From: a virus
Taxonomy: Duplodnaviria; Heunggongvirae; Uroviricota; Caudoviricetes
IMG/VR virus record: IMGVR_UViG_2609459797_000003
Strand: one strand, 5' to 3'
Length of the DNA: 38,348 nucleotides
Made by a program: the position numbers and the translations under genes. This document shows positions 25,452 to 35,214 of the stretch, in pieces (position 1 is the stretch's first letter; each line of letters starts with the position of its first letter). Below the pieces are notes generated by a model. That model had not been told where the DNA came from. It made no database searches and worked only from the letters and a program-made list of their open reading frames with translations.

Positions 25452-26931
25452 CACCATTCCGTCGAATACGCTGGTTCCGCTGTTTTATGCGGAAATGGAT
25501 AACCAGGCTGCGAATACTGCACAGGACAGCGGAGCATCGCTGCTGATTGGTCATGCCAATAACGGTGCAGAGATTGTTGCCAACAGTCTGGTGCTGATGC
25601 CGTCGGCAGACTATGCACGCCAGATTTGTGGTGCGGGAAGTCAGCTGGCGCGTATGGTCGAGGCTTATCGCCAGACAGACCCGTTTGGTGAGCTGTATGT
25701 GATTGCCGTTCCGGAAGCCACAGGCGCGGCGGCAACGGTTACGCTGGCGGTGACCGGGGAAGCAACCGAAAGCGGCACGGTGAATGTCTATGTGGGACGT
25801 ACCCGCGTGCAGGCTCCGGTGACCAACGGCGATAACGTCACGACGATTGCCAGCAGTATCAAAGATGCCATCAATGCCGTTCCGGCCCTGCCGTTTACGG
25901 CTTCATCTTCGGCAGGCGTGGTCACACTTACCGCGCGTCATAAGGGGCTTTGCGGGAATGAAATTCCTGTCAGCCTCAATTACTACGGCTTTGGTGGGGG
26001 CGAAGTGCTGCCAGCGGGCGTACAGATTGCCGTGGCGACGGGTACCGCCGGAACGGGTGCTCCGGTTCTCACCGGCGCGGTGGCTGCAATGGCGGATGAG
26101 CCGTTTGATTATATCGGCCTGCCGTTCAACGACACGGCCTCCGTTAACACGCTGGTGACCGAGATGAACGATACCAGCGGTCGCTGGAGCTATGCGCGTC
26201 AGCTGTATGGTCATGTGTATACGGCAAAGATCGGCACGCTGTCAGAACTGGTGACCGCAGGTGACCAGTTTAACCAGCAGCACATTACCCTGGCAGGGTA
26301 CGAAAAAGAGACCCAGACGCCTGCCGACGAACTTGCGGCAAGCCGTACCGCCCGCGCAGCGGTGTTTATCCGCAACGATCCGGCACGTCCCACGCAGACC
26401 GGTGAGCTGGTGGGTATGCTGCCTGCGCCGAAGGGGAAACGGTTCACGATGACCGAACAACAGACCCTGCTGTCTCATGGCGTGGCAACGGCGTATGTCG
26501 AAAGCGGGGTACTGCGCATTCAGCGTGATGTCACCACGTACAGGAAAAACGCTTACGGGGTTGCGGATAACAGCTACCTCGACAGTGAGACACTGCATAC
26601 CAGCGCGTATGTACTGCGCAAACTGAAATCCGTCATTACCAGTAAGTACGGGCGTCACAAGCTTGCCAGTGACGGTACCCGCTTTGGTCCCGGTCAGGCG
26701 ATTGTCACCCCGGCGGTGATCAAAGGGGAACTGCTGGCAACCTACCGTCAGCTTGAGCGTGCGGGGATCGTGGAAAACTACGAACTGTTTAAGCAGTACC
26801 TGGTTGTGGAGCGTGATGCCAGCGATCCGAACCGCCTGAACACGCTGTTCCCGCCTGACTATGTTAACCAGTTGCGTGTCTTTGCCGTGGTTAACCAGTT
26901 CCGTCTTCAGTATTCAGAGGAGTCTGCATAA
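25435..26931 (+). CDS. contractile tail sheath protein (Mu gpL-like)
   Basis: 498 aa; 'FNTIPSNTLVPLFYAEMDN' N-terminus typical of Mu-like sheath proteins; followed by the tube gene. Confidence 0.85.
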   Translation: MTISFNTIPSNTLVPLFYAEMDNQAANTAQDSGASLLIGHANNGAEIVANSLVLMPSADYARQICGAGSQLARMVEAYRQTDPFGELYVIAVPEATGAAATVTLAVTGEATESGTVNVYVGRTRVQAPVTNGDNVTTIASSIKDAINAVPALPFTASSSAGVVTLTARHKGLCGNEIPVSLNYYGFGGGEVLPAGVQIAVATGTAGTGAPVLTGAVAAMADEPFDYIGLPFNDTASVNTLVTEMNDTSGRWSYARQLYGHVYTAKIGTLSELVTAGDQFNQQHITLAGYEKETQTPADELAASRTARAAVFIRNDPARPTQTGELVGMLPAPKGKRFTMTEQQTLLSHGVATAYVESGVLRIQRDVTTYRKNAYGVADNSYLDSETLHTSAYVLRKLKSVITSKYGRHKLASDGTRFGPGQAIVTPAVIKGELLATYRQLERAGIVENYELFKQYLVVERDASDPNRLNTLFPPDYVNQLRVFAVVNQFRLQYSEESA

Positions 26932-27287
26932 TGGCCCGTATCGGGGGAACCTGTTATTTCAAAATTGACGGTCAGCAGCTATCGCTGACCGGCGGCATTG
27001 AGGTGCCCATGAACAGGACGGTCAATGATGACATCATCGGCCTGGACGGTTCAGTGGACCGCAAGGAAACTCACCGTGCGCCTTATGTCAAAGGGACCTT
27101 CAAGGTGCCGAAGAATTTTCCGGTGAGCAAAATCACCTCGTCTGATGAGATGACCATCACTGCCGAGCTGGCGAACGGTCAGGTCTATGTACTGTCGTCT
27201 GCCTGGCTGCACGGCGAAGCGAACCATAATGCCGAAGAAGGCACGGTTGATCTTGAGTTCCACGGTGAAGAAGGGGATTACCAGTAA
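26931..27287 (+). CDS. tail tube protein (Mu gpM-like)
   Basis: 118 aa, TAATG-coupled to the sheath gene; canonical sheath-tube pair. Confidence 0.8.
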   Translation: MARIGGTCYFKIDGQQLSLTGGIEVPMNRTVNDDIIGLDGSVDRKETHRAPYVKGTFKVPKNFPVSKITSSDEMTITAELANGQVYVLSSAWLHGEANHNAEEGTVDLEFHGEEGDYQ

Positions 27288-27556
27288 TGAAAGAGCTTGA
27301 GTTAAAGAAACCGATTACTGCTCATGGCGAGACACTCTCCGTACTTGAGTTTGATGAGCCCACCGGGAAAGATGTCCGCGAGCTGGGGTATCCCTACCAG
27401 ATGAATCAGGATGAGTCAGTCAGACTTCTGGCGCATGTGGTATCGAAATACATTGTGCGGCTGGCGAAAGTGCCGCAAAACTCTGTCGACCAGATGTCTC
27501 CGGCAGACCTGAATGCTGCGGCGTGGCTTGTGGCTGGGTTTTTCCTCCAGGCCTGA
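27287..27556 (+). CDS. tail assembly chaperone
   Basis: 89 aa between tube and tape measure; an overlapping -1 frame ORF continues to the tape-measure start. Confidence 0.6.
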   Translation: MKELELKKPITAHGETLSVLEFDEPTGKDVRELGYPYQMNQDESVRLLAHVVSKYIVRLAKVPQNSVDQMSPADLNAAAWLVAGFFLQA

Positions 27557-27697
27557 CGGCTGAATACCTCACTGATCGCTTCTTTGACTGCGCCAGTTAC
27601 TGGCGCATTAATCCCTTCGAATTGCTGAATATGCCGATCAGTGAAATTCCCTTGCTGGTCAGTCAGGCAAACAGGATAGAGCAGGAGAAACGCACAC

Positions 27698-29530
27698 ATG
27701 GCTGAATTTGAGCTTAAGGCGTTGATCACCGGTGTCGACAGACTTTCTCCCGCGCTGTCGAAAATGCAAAAGAAAATCCGGGGATTTAAACGCCAGGCGG
27801 AAGAAGCATCACAGGGTGGGCTGGCGCTTGGTGGCGGACTGGCAGCGGGTCTGACGCTTTCCCTGAAATCTTATGCCGATCAGGAAAACGCCGCCACCGG
27901 GCTGAAAGTCGCCATGATGGATGCGAACGGCGAGGTCGGAAAGAGCTTTCAGGGCATCAATAAACTGGCTATTGGCCTGGGTAACCAGCTACCCGGTACA
28001 ACGGCTGATTTCCAGAACATGATGCAGATGCTGGTGCGTCAGGGGATCCCGGCAGAAAATATTCTTGGCGGTGTGGGTAAAGCGACAGCTTATCTTGCGG
28101 TACAACTAAAAAAAACACCGGAAGCGGCTGCTGAGTTTGCTGCAAAGATGCAGGATGCTACCGGAACGGCGTCAGAAGACATGATGGGGCTGTTCGACAC
28201 TATCCAGAAGGCGTTTTATCTGGGCGTTGACGATACCAACATGTTGTCCTTCTTCACTAAAACCAGTTCTGTTCTGAAGATGGTGAACAAGGACGGTCTT
28301 CAGGCTGCACAGAGCCTTGCCCCCATCAGCGTCATGATGGATCAGATGGGGATGAACGGGGAGTCGGCAGGTAATGCCCTGCGAAAAGTTATCCAGTCCG
28401 GATTAAGCGTTAAGAAAATCAGGGACGTCAATAAAGTTATGGCCCGTCAGAAACTCGGGGTACAGCTCGATTTTACTGACGGCAAAGGAAGTTTTGGCGG
28501 TCTTGATAACATGTTTAAGCAACTGGCAAAGCTGCGAAAACTTACCGACGTTAAGCGAACAGGTGTACTTAAGGCAATATTTGGTGATGATGCCGAAACC
28601 CTTCAGGTGGTCAATGCGCTGATCGATAAAGGAAAGGATGGTTACGATCAGATCCAGCAAAAGATGAATAAACAGGCCAGCCTGAATAAACGTGTTCAGG
28701 CACAGCTTGGTACGCTGTCCAACCTGTGGGAGGCAATGACGGGGACCGCAACTAACGGCCTTGCGGCTATTGGCGGCGCATTTTCTGGTGACGCCAAAAA
28801 TATCACGCAATGGCTGGGGGAGTTGGGGGAAAAATTCACGAAGTTTGCGGATGAAAATCCCCGGGTTATTCGCGCCGTCGTCGGGCTTGCTGCCGGTCTT
28901 GCGATTCTGAAACTGGGATTGATGGGCGTGGGCAGTGCCATCAGCATTGTCAGCAGGATCATGTCGATGACGCCGATTGGCATGATTGCGACGGCGATAG
29001 CCCTGGCTGCGGGATTAATTATCACTAACTGGGATGTTGTCGGACCTTATTTCAAGAAGCTCTGGGAAACCATTGGTCCTTATTTTGAGGCTGGCTGGGA
29101 ACTCCTTAAGAAAGTTTTTGCCTGGTCGCCGCTGGGGATGGTGATCAATAACTGGGGGCCGGTTGTTAAGTGGTTTCAGGATATGTGGGACAAGCTGAAG
29201 CCAATTATTGAGTGGTTTACCGACAGTTCCGGTGACACGGTCGATGCCATTAACTCTGCGCAGTGGGGCGCGGGTGCTTATGATGCTTATGGGACGGGAA
29301 TACCGGCACGGGGATACACTCCTTATCCGGCGGTGGATCCGGCTCAGGCAAACAACGCCTCCGATGCCACAGGCTCGAATCCCTTCATGATTAATAAAGC
29401 TACCGCGCCAAAAGTTGATGGTGAGATCAAGGTATCATTTATAAATATGCCACCAGGTATGCGGGTTACGGAAACACGCTCCAGTGGCATTGATATAAAT
29501 CACGATGTTGGCTATACCCGATTTTGGTAG
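27698..29530 (+). CDS. tail tape measure protein
   Basis: 610 aa; Ala/Gly-rich with hydrophobic central segment; tape-measure position. Confidence 0.85.
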   Translation: MAEFELKALITGVDRLSPALSKMQKKIRGFKRQAEEASQGGLALGGGLAAGLTLSLKSYADQENAATGLKVAMMDANGEVGKSFQGINKLAIGLGNQLPGTTADFQNMMQMLVRQGIPAENILGGVGKATAYLAVQLKKTPEAAAEFAAKMQDATGTASEDMMGLFDTIQKAFYLGVDDTNMLSFFTKTSSVLKMVNKDGLQAAQSLAPISVMMDQMGMNGESAGNALRKVIQSGLSVKKIRDVNKVMARQKLGVQLDFTDGKGSFGGLDNMFKQLAKLRKLTDVKRTGVLKAIFGDDAETLQVVNALIDKGKDGYDQIQQKMNKQASLNKRVQAQLGTLSNLWEAMTGTATNGLAAIGGAFSGDAKNITQWLGELGEKFTKFADENPRVIRAVVGLAAGLAILKLGLMGVGSAISIVSRIMSMTPIGMIATAIALAAGLIITNWDVVGPYFKKLWETIGPYFEAGWELLKKVFAWSPLGMVINNWGPVVKWFQDMWDKLKPIIEWFTDSSGDTVDAINSAQWGAGAYDAYGTGIPARGYTPYPAVDPAQANNASDATGSNPFMINKATAPKVDGEIKVSFINMPPGMRVTETRSSGIDINHDVGYTRFW

Positions 29531-29558
29531 CCAGGATTCCCCTCACATGTATTGCTGG

Positions 29559-29586
29559 TTGTAAGTCATAAATAGAGTGATAGAAT
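29559..29586 (+). promoter_or_regulatory. sigma70-like promoter for tail-operon moron
   Basis: -35 TTGTAA (29559-29564), 16-nt spacer, -10 TAGAAT (29581-29586), ~35 nt upstream of the ATG at 29622. Confidence 0.45.
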
Positions 29587-29621
29587 TAATGCACATTTAG
29601 AAAAATGTTAATAGGCGAAAA

Positions 29622-30152
29622 ATGAAAGGCTATATCACAGCAAGTGTAATTCTTGGAGCAGCGGCTATTTTTTCATCTCTCATAATCTCTGGCAACATCT
29701 CCTTTAAAGATGAACATATTATTCAGTTATCTGGAGGAGCCATAAAACTTGGTGATGTTTATAAAGAAAATAAATTGATAAGTGCAAAGATTATTTTTCC
29801 AGATAATCAGGGTGAACAGATTCTTGTTGTCGACGGCAATCCTGAAAACTTTAAGGAGGATTTTCAGGAGAAATTAAATAAAGTAATAAAAACTTTAAAT
29901 GCGTCAAAGAAAAAAGATGAAGAGAAAGTTAGCCTGGATAATTTAAGTGTTATTGAAGAGTCTAAACTAGAGCTCGTTTCTGCGGTGCGTTACTCTGCTC
30001 AGTATGTTCCTATGTTTACTCTGACGCTGGACAAAAAAGAAATTACCATGCCTAAAAATACGGTAATATTTCCATTTGCCAGCGATGAAACAGCTAAGTA
30101 TTTAAATGAACAACAGCAAAAGTATAAAGATTCGTTGTTTCTGACCCGCTAA
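29622..30152 (+). CDS. AT-rich moron: secreted or membrane-anchored protein of unknown function
   Basis: 176 aa; N-terminal 'MKGYITASVILGAAAIFSSLIISG' signal or anchor; Lys/Asn/Glu-rich; flanked by its own promoter-like sequence and terminator. Confidence 0.55.
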   Translation: MKGYITASVILGAAAIFSSLIISGNISFKDEHIIQLSGGAIKLGDVYKENKLISAKIIFPDNQGEQILVVDGNPENFKEDFQEKLNKVIKTLNASKKKDEEKVSLDNLSVIEESKLELVSAVRYSAQYVPMFTLTLDKKEITMPKNTVIFPFASDETAKYLNEQQQKYKDSLFLTR

Positions 30153-30170
30153 TTAATAAAATTCATTACA

Positions 30171-30204
30171 AGGCCACCTTCTAATAGGTGGCTTTTTTAT
30201 TTTC
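30171..30204 (+). terminator. rho-independent terminator after moron
   Basis: 'AGGCCACCttctaatAGGTGGCTTTTTTATTTT': ~8-bp stem plus long U-tract. Confidence 0.75.
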
Positions 30205-30213
30205 GGAGTGTAT

Positions 30214-31542
30214 ATGACGTGGAAAGACAGGCTTCAGGATGCGTCATTTCGAGGTGTGCCGTTTAAGGTTGAAGAAGAAAGTGCGGGAACCGGTCGCCGT
30301 GTGGAAACACATGAATACCCGAACCGCGACAAGCCCTATACCGAAGATCTGGGAAAAGTCACTTTCCGCCCGTCCATCACAGCTTATGTGGTGGGAGATG
30401 ACTGCTTTGACCAGCGCGATCGCCTGATTGAAGCGCTGAATAAACCCGGTCCCGGCACGCTTGTCCACCCGACATATGGTGAGCTGAAAGTCTGTGTTGA
30501 CGGGGAAGTTCGGGTCAGCACATCGAAAAGTGAAGGGCGTATTGTCCGCTTTGACCTGAAGTTTGTCGAAGCAGGAGAACTCTCTTACCCCACATCAGGT
30601 GCGGCGACGGCGCAGACGCTGATGTCATCCTGTTCTGCACTGGATGACTGCATCAGTGACAGCTTCAGCGGTTTCAGTATCGATGGTGTGGCGGATTTCG
30701 TGCAGAACGACGTTATCGGTAATGCCAGCATAATGCTGGGGTATGTTTCTGATGCGATGAAAGTGGTGGATTCTGCCGTATCGGATGCCGCCAGGCTGTT
30801 GCAGGGGGATATCTCGGTACTTCTGCCGCCGCCATCGTCAGGCAAAAATTTCGTTGAGCAGGTGCAGAAAATGTGGCGTACCGGGAAACGCCTTTATGGT
30901 AACGCCAGCGACCTGGTCACCATGATCAAAACGCTTTCCGGTGTCAGCCTCGGCAGCGATCTGCAACCGCGCGGCGTCTGGAAAACGGACAGTAAAACCA
31001 CCGCCACGGCGACGCAGCAGCGTAACGTGGTTGCCAGCACCCTTCGTACGACCGCAATCAGCGAAGCGGCGTATGCCGTCACCCGATTGCCTGCGCCAAC
31101 AACTTCCGCGGTGATGCAGAATGCCGCAGTGGGGCAGGCAACAACAGCTGCGCAGAGCACCGGCTGGCCTTCCGTCACGCATCCGGCACTGAACAATGCA
31201 CCGGCGGTGAAAAACACGGTTGATCTGCCGACGTGGGAAGAACTGACTGACATTCGCGACACACTGAATACGGCAATTGATAAGGAGTTGTCCCGTACAA
31301 CCAGTGATGCGCTGTTTCTGGCGCTGCGCCGGGTGAAAGCAGATCTGAATGCGGATATCAACACGCGCCTTGAACAGTCTGCACGGATCATTCAGCGCAC
31401 ACCGGATGAGGTTTTACCCGCGCTGGTGCTGGCGGCGACCTGGTTTGATAACGCGGCGCGTGACGCGGACATTATCCGGCGTAATGCCATTACGCATCCC
31501 GGCTTTGTGCCGGTGATCCCTCTGAAGGTGCCAGTGCAATGA
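30214..31542 (+). CDS. DNA circulation protein (Mu gpN-like)
   Basis: 'MTWKDRLQDASFRGVPFKVEEESAGTGRRVETHEYPNRDKPYTEDLG' is the Mu N-family N-terminus; GGAG Shine-Dalgarno. Confidence 0.8.
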   Translation: MTWKDRLQDASFRGVPFKVEEESAGTGRRVETHEYPNRDKPYTEDLGKVTFRPSITAYVVGDDCFDQRDRLIEALNKPGPGTLVHPTYGELKVCVDGEVRVSTSKSEGRIVRFDLKFVEAGELSYPTSGAATAQTLMSSCSALDDCISDSFSGFSIDGVADFVQNDVIGNASIMLGYVSDAMKVVDSAVSDAARLLQGDISVLLPPPSSGKNFVEQVQKMWRTGKRLYGNASDLVTMIKTLSGVSLGSDLQPRGVWKTDSKTTATATQQRNVVASTLRTTAISEAAYAVTRLPAPTTSAVMQNAAVGQATTAAQSTGWPSVTHPALNNAPAVKNTVDLPTWEELTDIRDTLNTAIDKELSRTTSDALFLALRRVKADLNADINTRLEQSARIIQRTPDEVLPALVLAATWFDNAARDADIIRRNAITHPGFVPVIPLKVPVQ

Positions 31543-32618
31543 ACGACAATGTCACGCTACGGGTAAATGGCCGGGAGTGGAATGGCTGGACATCGGTGCG
31601 CATCGGTGCCGGTATTGAACGGCTGGCGCGGGATTTCAGTGTGGAGATCCCCCGCCAGTGGCCGGGAGATGAGGGTATCACCACGCTTCAGCCGCGCATT
31701 AAAAATGGTTCAAAAGTGGAAGTGCTGATTGGTGATGAGCTGGTGATCACCGGCTGGGTGGAGGCGACGCCCGTTCGTTACGATGCCCGTTCGGTCAGCA
31801 CCGGTATTGCCGGACGTAGTCTGACGGCAGACCTGATTGACTGTGCAGCCGAACCGACACAGTTTAACGGACGCTCGCTGGTGCAGATTGCGCAGGCGCT
31901 TGCTGCGCCTTTCGGTATTGAGGTGGTGAACAGCGGTGCGCCGTCGGGTGTTATTCCTGATGTTCAGCCTGATCACGGTGAAACGGTGATTGAGGTAATC
32001 AACAAAATACTCGGTCAGCAGCAGGCACTGGCTTACGACGACCCGCACGGCAGGCTGGTGATTGGCGGTATTGGCTCAACGCGGGCACATACTGCGCTGG
32101 TACTCGGGGAAAACATCCTTTCCTGCGATACGGAGAAGAGTATCCGGGAGCGATTTTCTGTTTACCAGGTGGCGGGGCAGCGTGCCGGAAACGACGATGA
32201 TTTCGGTGAGACCACCACCACCGCGCTGCGGGCCCGCACAGAGGACGCATTTATTGCCCGTTACCGTCCGATGTATATCAGGCAGACAGGGCAGGCCACG
32301 GGGGCAGGCTGTATCGCGCGTGCTGACTTTGAAGCCCGGCAACGGGCGGCGCGGACGGATGAAACCACCTATGTGGTGCAGGGCTGGCGACAGGGTAACG
32401 GTACGCTGTGGCAGCCCAACCAGCGGGTGATTGTCTTCGATCCGGTCTGTGGTTTCGACAATACCGAACTGCTTGTCTCGGAAGTCACGTTTACTCAGGA
32501 CCAGAACGGCACCCTGACGGAAATCCGTGTCGGCCCACCTGATGCTTATCTGCCTGAACCCGAAGCCCCCGGCGCGCGGAAAAAGAAAAAAGCCAGAGTA
32601 CAGGAGGACCCGTTCTGA
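31539..32618 (+). CDS. baseplate hub protein (Mu gpP / P2 gpD-like)
   Basis: 359 aa; 'VTLRVNGREWNGWTSVRIGAGIERLARDFSVEI' matches the family N-terminus. Confidence 0.8.
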   Translation: MNDNVTLRVNGREWNGWTSVRIGAGIERLARDFSVEIPRQWPGDEGITTLQPRIKNGSKVEVLIGDELVITGWVEATPVRYDARSVSTGIAGRSLTADLIDCAAEPTQFNGRSLVQIAQALAAPFGIEVVNSGAPSGVIPDVQPDHGETVIEVINKILGQQQALAYDDPHGRLVIGGIGSTRAHTALVLGENILSCDTEKSIRERFSVYQVAGQRAGNDDDFGETTTTALRARTEDAFIARYRPMYIRQTGQATGAGCIARADFEARQRAARTDETTYVVQGWRQGNGTLWQPNQRVIVFDPVCGFDNTELLVSEVTFTQDQNGTLTEIRVGPPDAYLPEPEAPGARKKKKARVQEDPF

Positions 32619-33166
32619 TGAGGACGATTGAAGCCATGCAGCGACAACTCCTCGGCCTGATTGGGCGGGCAGTGGTGAAAAGTATCAGTGCCGCCACGAA
32701 ATGTCAGACCGTGGATGTGTCCCTGATTGCCGGTGAACCCAAAGCCGGGGTTGAACATCTTGAACCCTACGGTTTTACCGCAAGGGCAAACAGCGGTGCG
32801 GAAGCGGTGGTGTTGTTTCCGGATGGCGACCGTTCTCATGCGGTGGTTGTTACGGTGTCGGACCGGCGCTACCGCCTGAAAGGGCTGCAGACGGGTGAGG
32901 TGGCTGTCTATGACGATCAGGGGCAGTCCGTGACGCTGACCCGGGAGGGGATTGTGGTGGACGGTGCAGGTAAAACGATCACGTTTCGCAATTCACCTAA
33001 AGCGCGTTTTGAAATGGACCTGGAAGTGACAGGACAGGTGAAAGACCTGTGCGACTCCGGCGGCACCACCATGTCAGCGATGCGGCTTGCCTATAATGGG
33101 CATCGTCACAGAGAGAACGGTCAGGGCAGTAACACCGACAAACCTGATAAAGCGATGGAGGCATGA
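32618..33166 (+). CDS. baseplate spike/assembly protein V (Mu gp45-like)
   Basis: 182 aa; 'EPYGFTARANSGAEAVVLFPDGDRSHAVVV' OB-fold region typical of gpV. Confidence 0.75.
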   Translation: MRTIEAMQRQLLGLIGRAVVKSISAATKCQTVDVSLIAGEPKAGVEHLEPYGFTARANSGAEAVVLFPDGDRSHAVVVTVSDRRYRLKGLQTGEVAVYDDQGQSVTLTREGIVVDGAGKTITFRNSPKARFEMDLEVTGQVKDLCDSGGTTMSAMRLAYNGHRHRENGQGSNTDKPDKAMEA

Positions 33167-33591
33167 TGGAACTGTGGCTGACGGTGAACGGTAAACGCAC
33201 CTGCGCCAGCGCACCGCTGGATCCGCTGACCCGCGCCGTGGTGATTTCCCTGTTTACCTGGCGGCGGGCGGAGCCTGATGACAACGCCGACGTCCCGATG
33301 GGATGGTGGGGGGATACCTGGCCTGCGGTACAGAATGACCGTTACGGCTCCCGACTGTGGCTGCTTCAGCGCAGCAAACTGACCAATCAGCTGGTGCAGA
33401 CGGTAAGGGGGTATATCCGCGAATGCCTGCAATGGATGACTGATGACGGCGTGGTGTCCCGTATTGATCTGGATATCCGCCGCACCGGGATTAATGAACT
33501 GGGTAACAGTATCACTCTCTGGCGTCGTGACGGACCGGTAATGATTTCTTTTGATGATCTGTGGAGTGCGATAACGCATGGCGGACAGTGA
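33163..33591 (+). CDS. baseplate protein (Mu gp46-like)
   Basis: 142 aa; ATGA coupling; position between gpV and baseplate J. Confidence 0.65.
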   Translation: MMELWLTVNGKRTCASAPLDPLTRAVVISLFTWRRAEPDDNADVPMGWWGDTWPAVQNDRYGSRLWLLQRSKLTNQLVQTVRGYIRECLQWMTDDGVVSRIDLDIRRTGINELGNSITLWRRDGPVMISFDDLWSAITHGGQ

Positions 33592-34636
33592 ATTTCAGCG
33601 CCCGACGCTGGCAGAAAATATCAGTATGCTCCGTAACGATTTATTCGCCAGGCTGGACGTCAGCGACACGCTCCGGCGCATGGATGAAGACGTGCGGGCA
33701 AAGGTGTATGCGGCGGCGCTGCATACGGTTTACGGGTACATCGATTATCTGGCAATGAACATGCTGCCTGACCTGTGCGATGAGTCCTGGCTGGCGCGAC
33801 ATGCTGCGATGAAACGGTGTCCGCGCAAGGGGGCCACGGCTGCCAGCGGGTATATGCGCTGGGAAGGTGTCAGCGATGGCCTGAAGGTGACCGCCGGGAG
33901 TGTTATTCAGCGCGATGACCTGGTTCAGTACACGGCAACTGCCGATGCAACCAGCTCCAGTGGTGTCCTGCGCGTGCCGATCGCCTGCTCAAGTGCAGGC
34001 GCGGTCGGTAACGCTGACGACGGTACGTCATTAATCCTGGTCACGCCGGTGAATGGTCTGCCGTCTTCCGGCGTGGCAGATACCCTGACAGGTGGATTTG
34101 ATACTGAAGAGCTGGAAACGTGGCGCGCCCGCGTCATTGAGCGGTATTACTGGACGCCTCAGGGCGGGGCTGACGGGGACTATGTCGTCTGGGCTAAAGA
34201 AGTGCCCGGCATTACCCGCGCATGGACATACCGTCACTGGATGGGAACGGGAACTGTCGGTGTGATGATTGCCAGCAGTGACCTGATTAATCCCATTCCG
34301 GAAGAATCAACGGAAACGGCAGCAAGACAACATATCGGGCCACTGGCCCCGGTGGCAGGCTCTGATTTGTATGTATTCAGGCCGGTGGCACATACGGTGG
34401 ATTTTCATATCCGCGTGACGCCGGACACACCGGAAATACGGGCTGCCATTACCGCGGAGTTGCGTTCGTTCCTGCTGCGTGATGGTTATCCGCAGGGAGA
34501 ACTGAAGGTATCGCGTATCAGTGAGGCGATTTCCGGTGCGAACGGGGAATACAGCCATCAGTTGCTTGCACCGGTGGACAATATCTCCATTGCAAAAAAT
34601 GAACTGGCGGTACTGGGGACGATTTCATGGACGTGA
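33578..34636 (+). CDS. baseplate J-like protein (Mu gp47-like)
   Basis: 352 aa; conserved order after gp46. Confidence 0.8.
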   Translation: MADSEFQRPTLAENISMLRNDLFARLDVSDTLRRMDEDVRAKVYAAALHTVYGYIDYLAMNMLPDLCDESWLARHAAMKRCPRKGATAASGYMRWEGVSDGLKVTAGSVIQRDDLVQYTATADATSSSGVLRVPIACSSAGAVGNADDGTSLILVTPVNGLPSSGVADTLTGGFDTEELETWRARVIERYYWTPQGGADGDYVVWAKEVPGITRAWTYRHWMGTGTVGVMIASSDLINPIPEESTETAARQHIGPLAPVAGSDLYVFRPVAHTVDFHIRVTPDTPEIRAAITAELRSFLLRDGYPQGELKVSRISEAISGANGEYSHQLLAPVDNISIAKNELAVLGTISWT

Positions 34637-35211
34637 CAAACGATGATTATATCCGTCTGTTGTCGGCACTGTTGCCGCCCGGTCCGGCGTGGTCAGTCAG
34701 CGATCCGGCGATTGCCGGTGCGGCACCGTCATTAACCCGCGTTCATCAGCGTGCGGATGCCCTGATGCGGGAGCTGGATCCGCGCACCACCACTGAACTG
34801 ATAAACCGCTGGGAGCGTCTGTGCGGTCTGCCGGATGAATGTATTCCCGCAGGGACACAGACCCTTCGCCAGCGTCAGCAACGGCTGGATGCGAAGGTTA
34901 ATCTGGCGGGCGGCATCAATGAGGATTTTTATCTTGCACAGCTTGCTGCCCTGGGCAGACCAGACGCCACTATCACGCGATACGATAAAAGCACGTTCAC
35001 CTGCTCATCGGCCTGTACTGACGCAGTGAATGCGCCGGAATGGCGTTATTACTGGCAGGTCAACATGCCAGCCGCCACCAACACCACCTGGATGACATGT
35101 GGCGATCCCTGTGATTCCGCACTGCGTATCTGGGGCGACACCGTTGTCGAGTGCGTGCTTAACAAACTCTGCCCTTCGCATACCTACGTAATTTTTAAAT
35201 ATCCGGAGTAA
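34627..35211 (+). CDS. tail protein, Mu gp48-like (YmfQ-like)
   Basis: 194 aa; precedes the tail fibre as in Mu-like tails and e14. Confidence 0.65.
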   Translation: MDVTNDDYIRLLSALLPPGPAWSVSDPAIAGAAPSLTRVHQRADALMRELDPRTTTELINRWERLCGLPDECIPAGTQTLRQRQQRLDAKVNLAGGINEDFYLAQLAALGRPDATITRYDKSTFTCSSACTDAVNAPEWRYYWQVNMPAATNTTWMTCGDPCDSALRIWGDTVVECVLNKLCPSHTYVIFKYPE

Positions 35212-35214
35212 TCC

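Noticed and set aside
30838-33579. Minus-strand ORFs across the tail and baseplate genes (30894..31391, 31710..32048, 32546..32839, 33121..33579)
   Set aside because: Antisense to the Mu-like tail operon, with no start signals and low-complexity translations.
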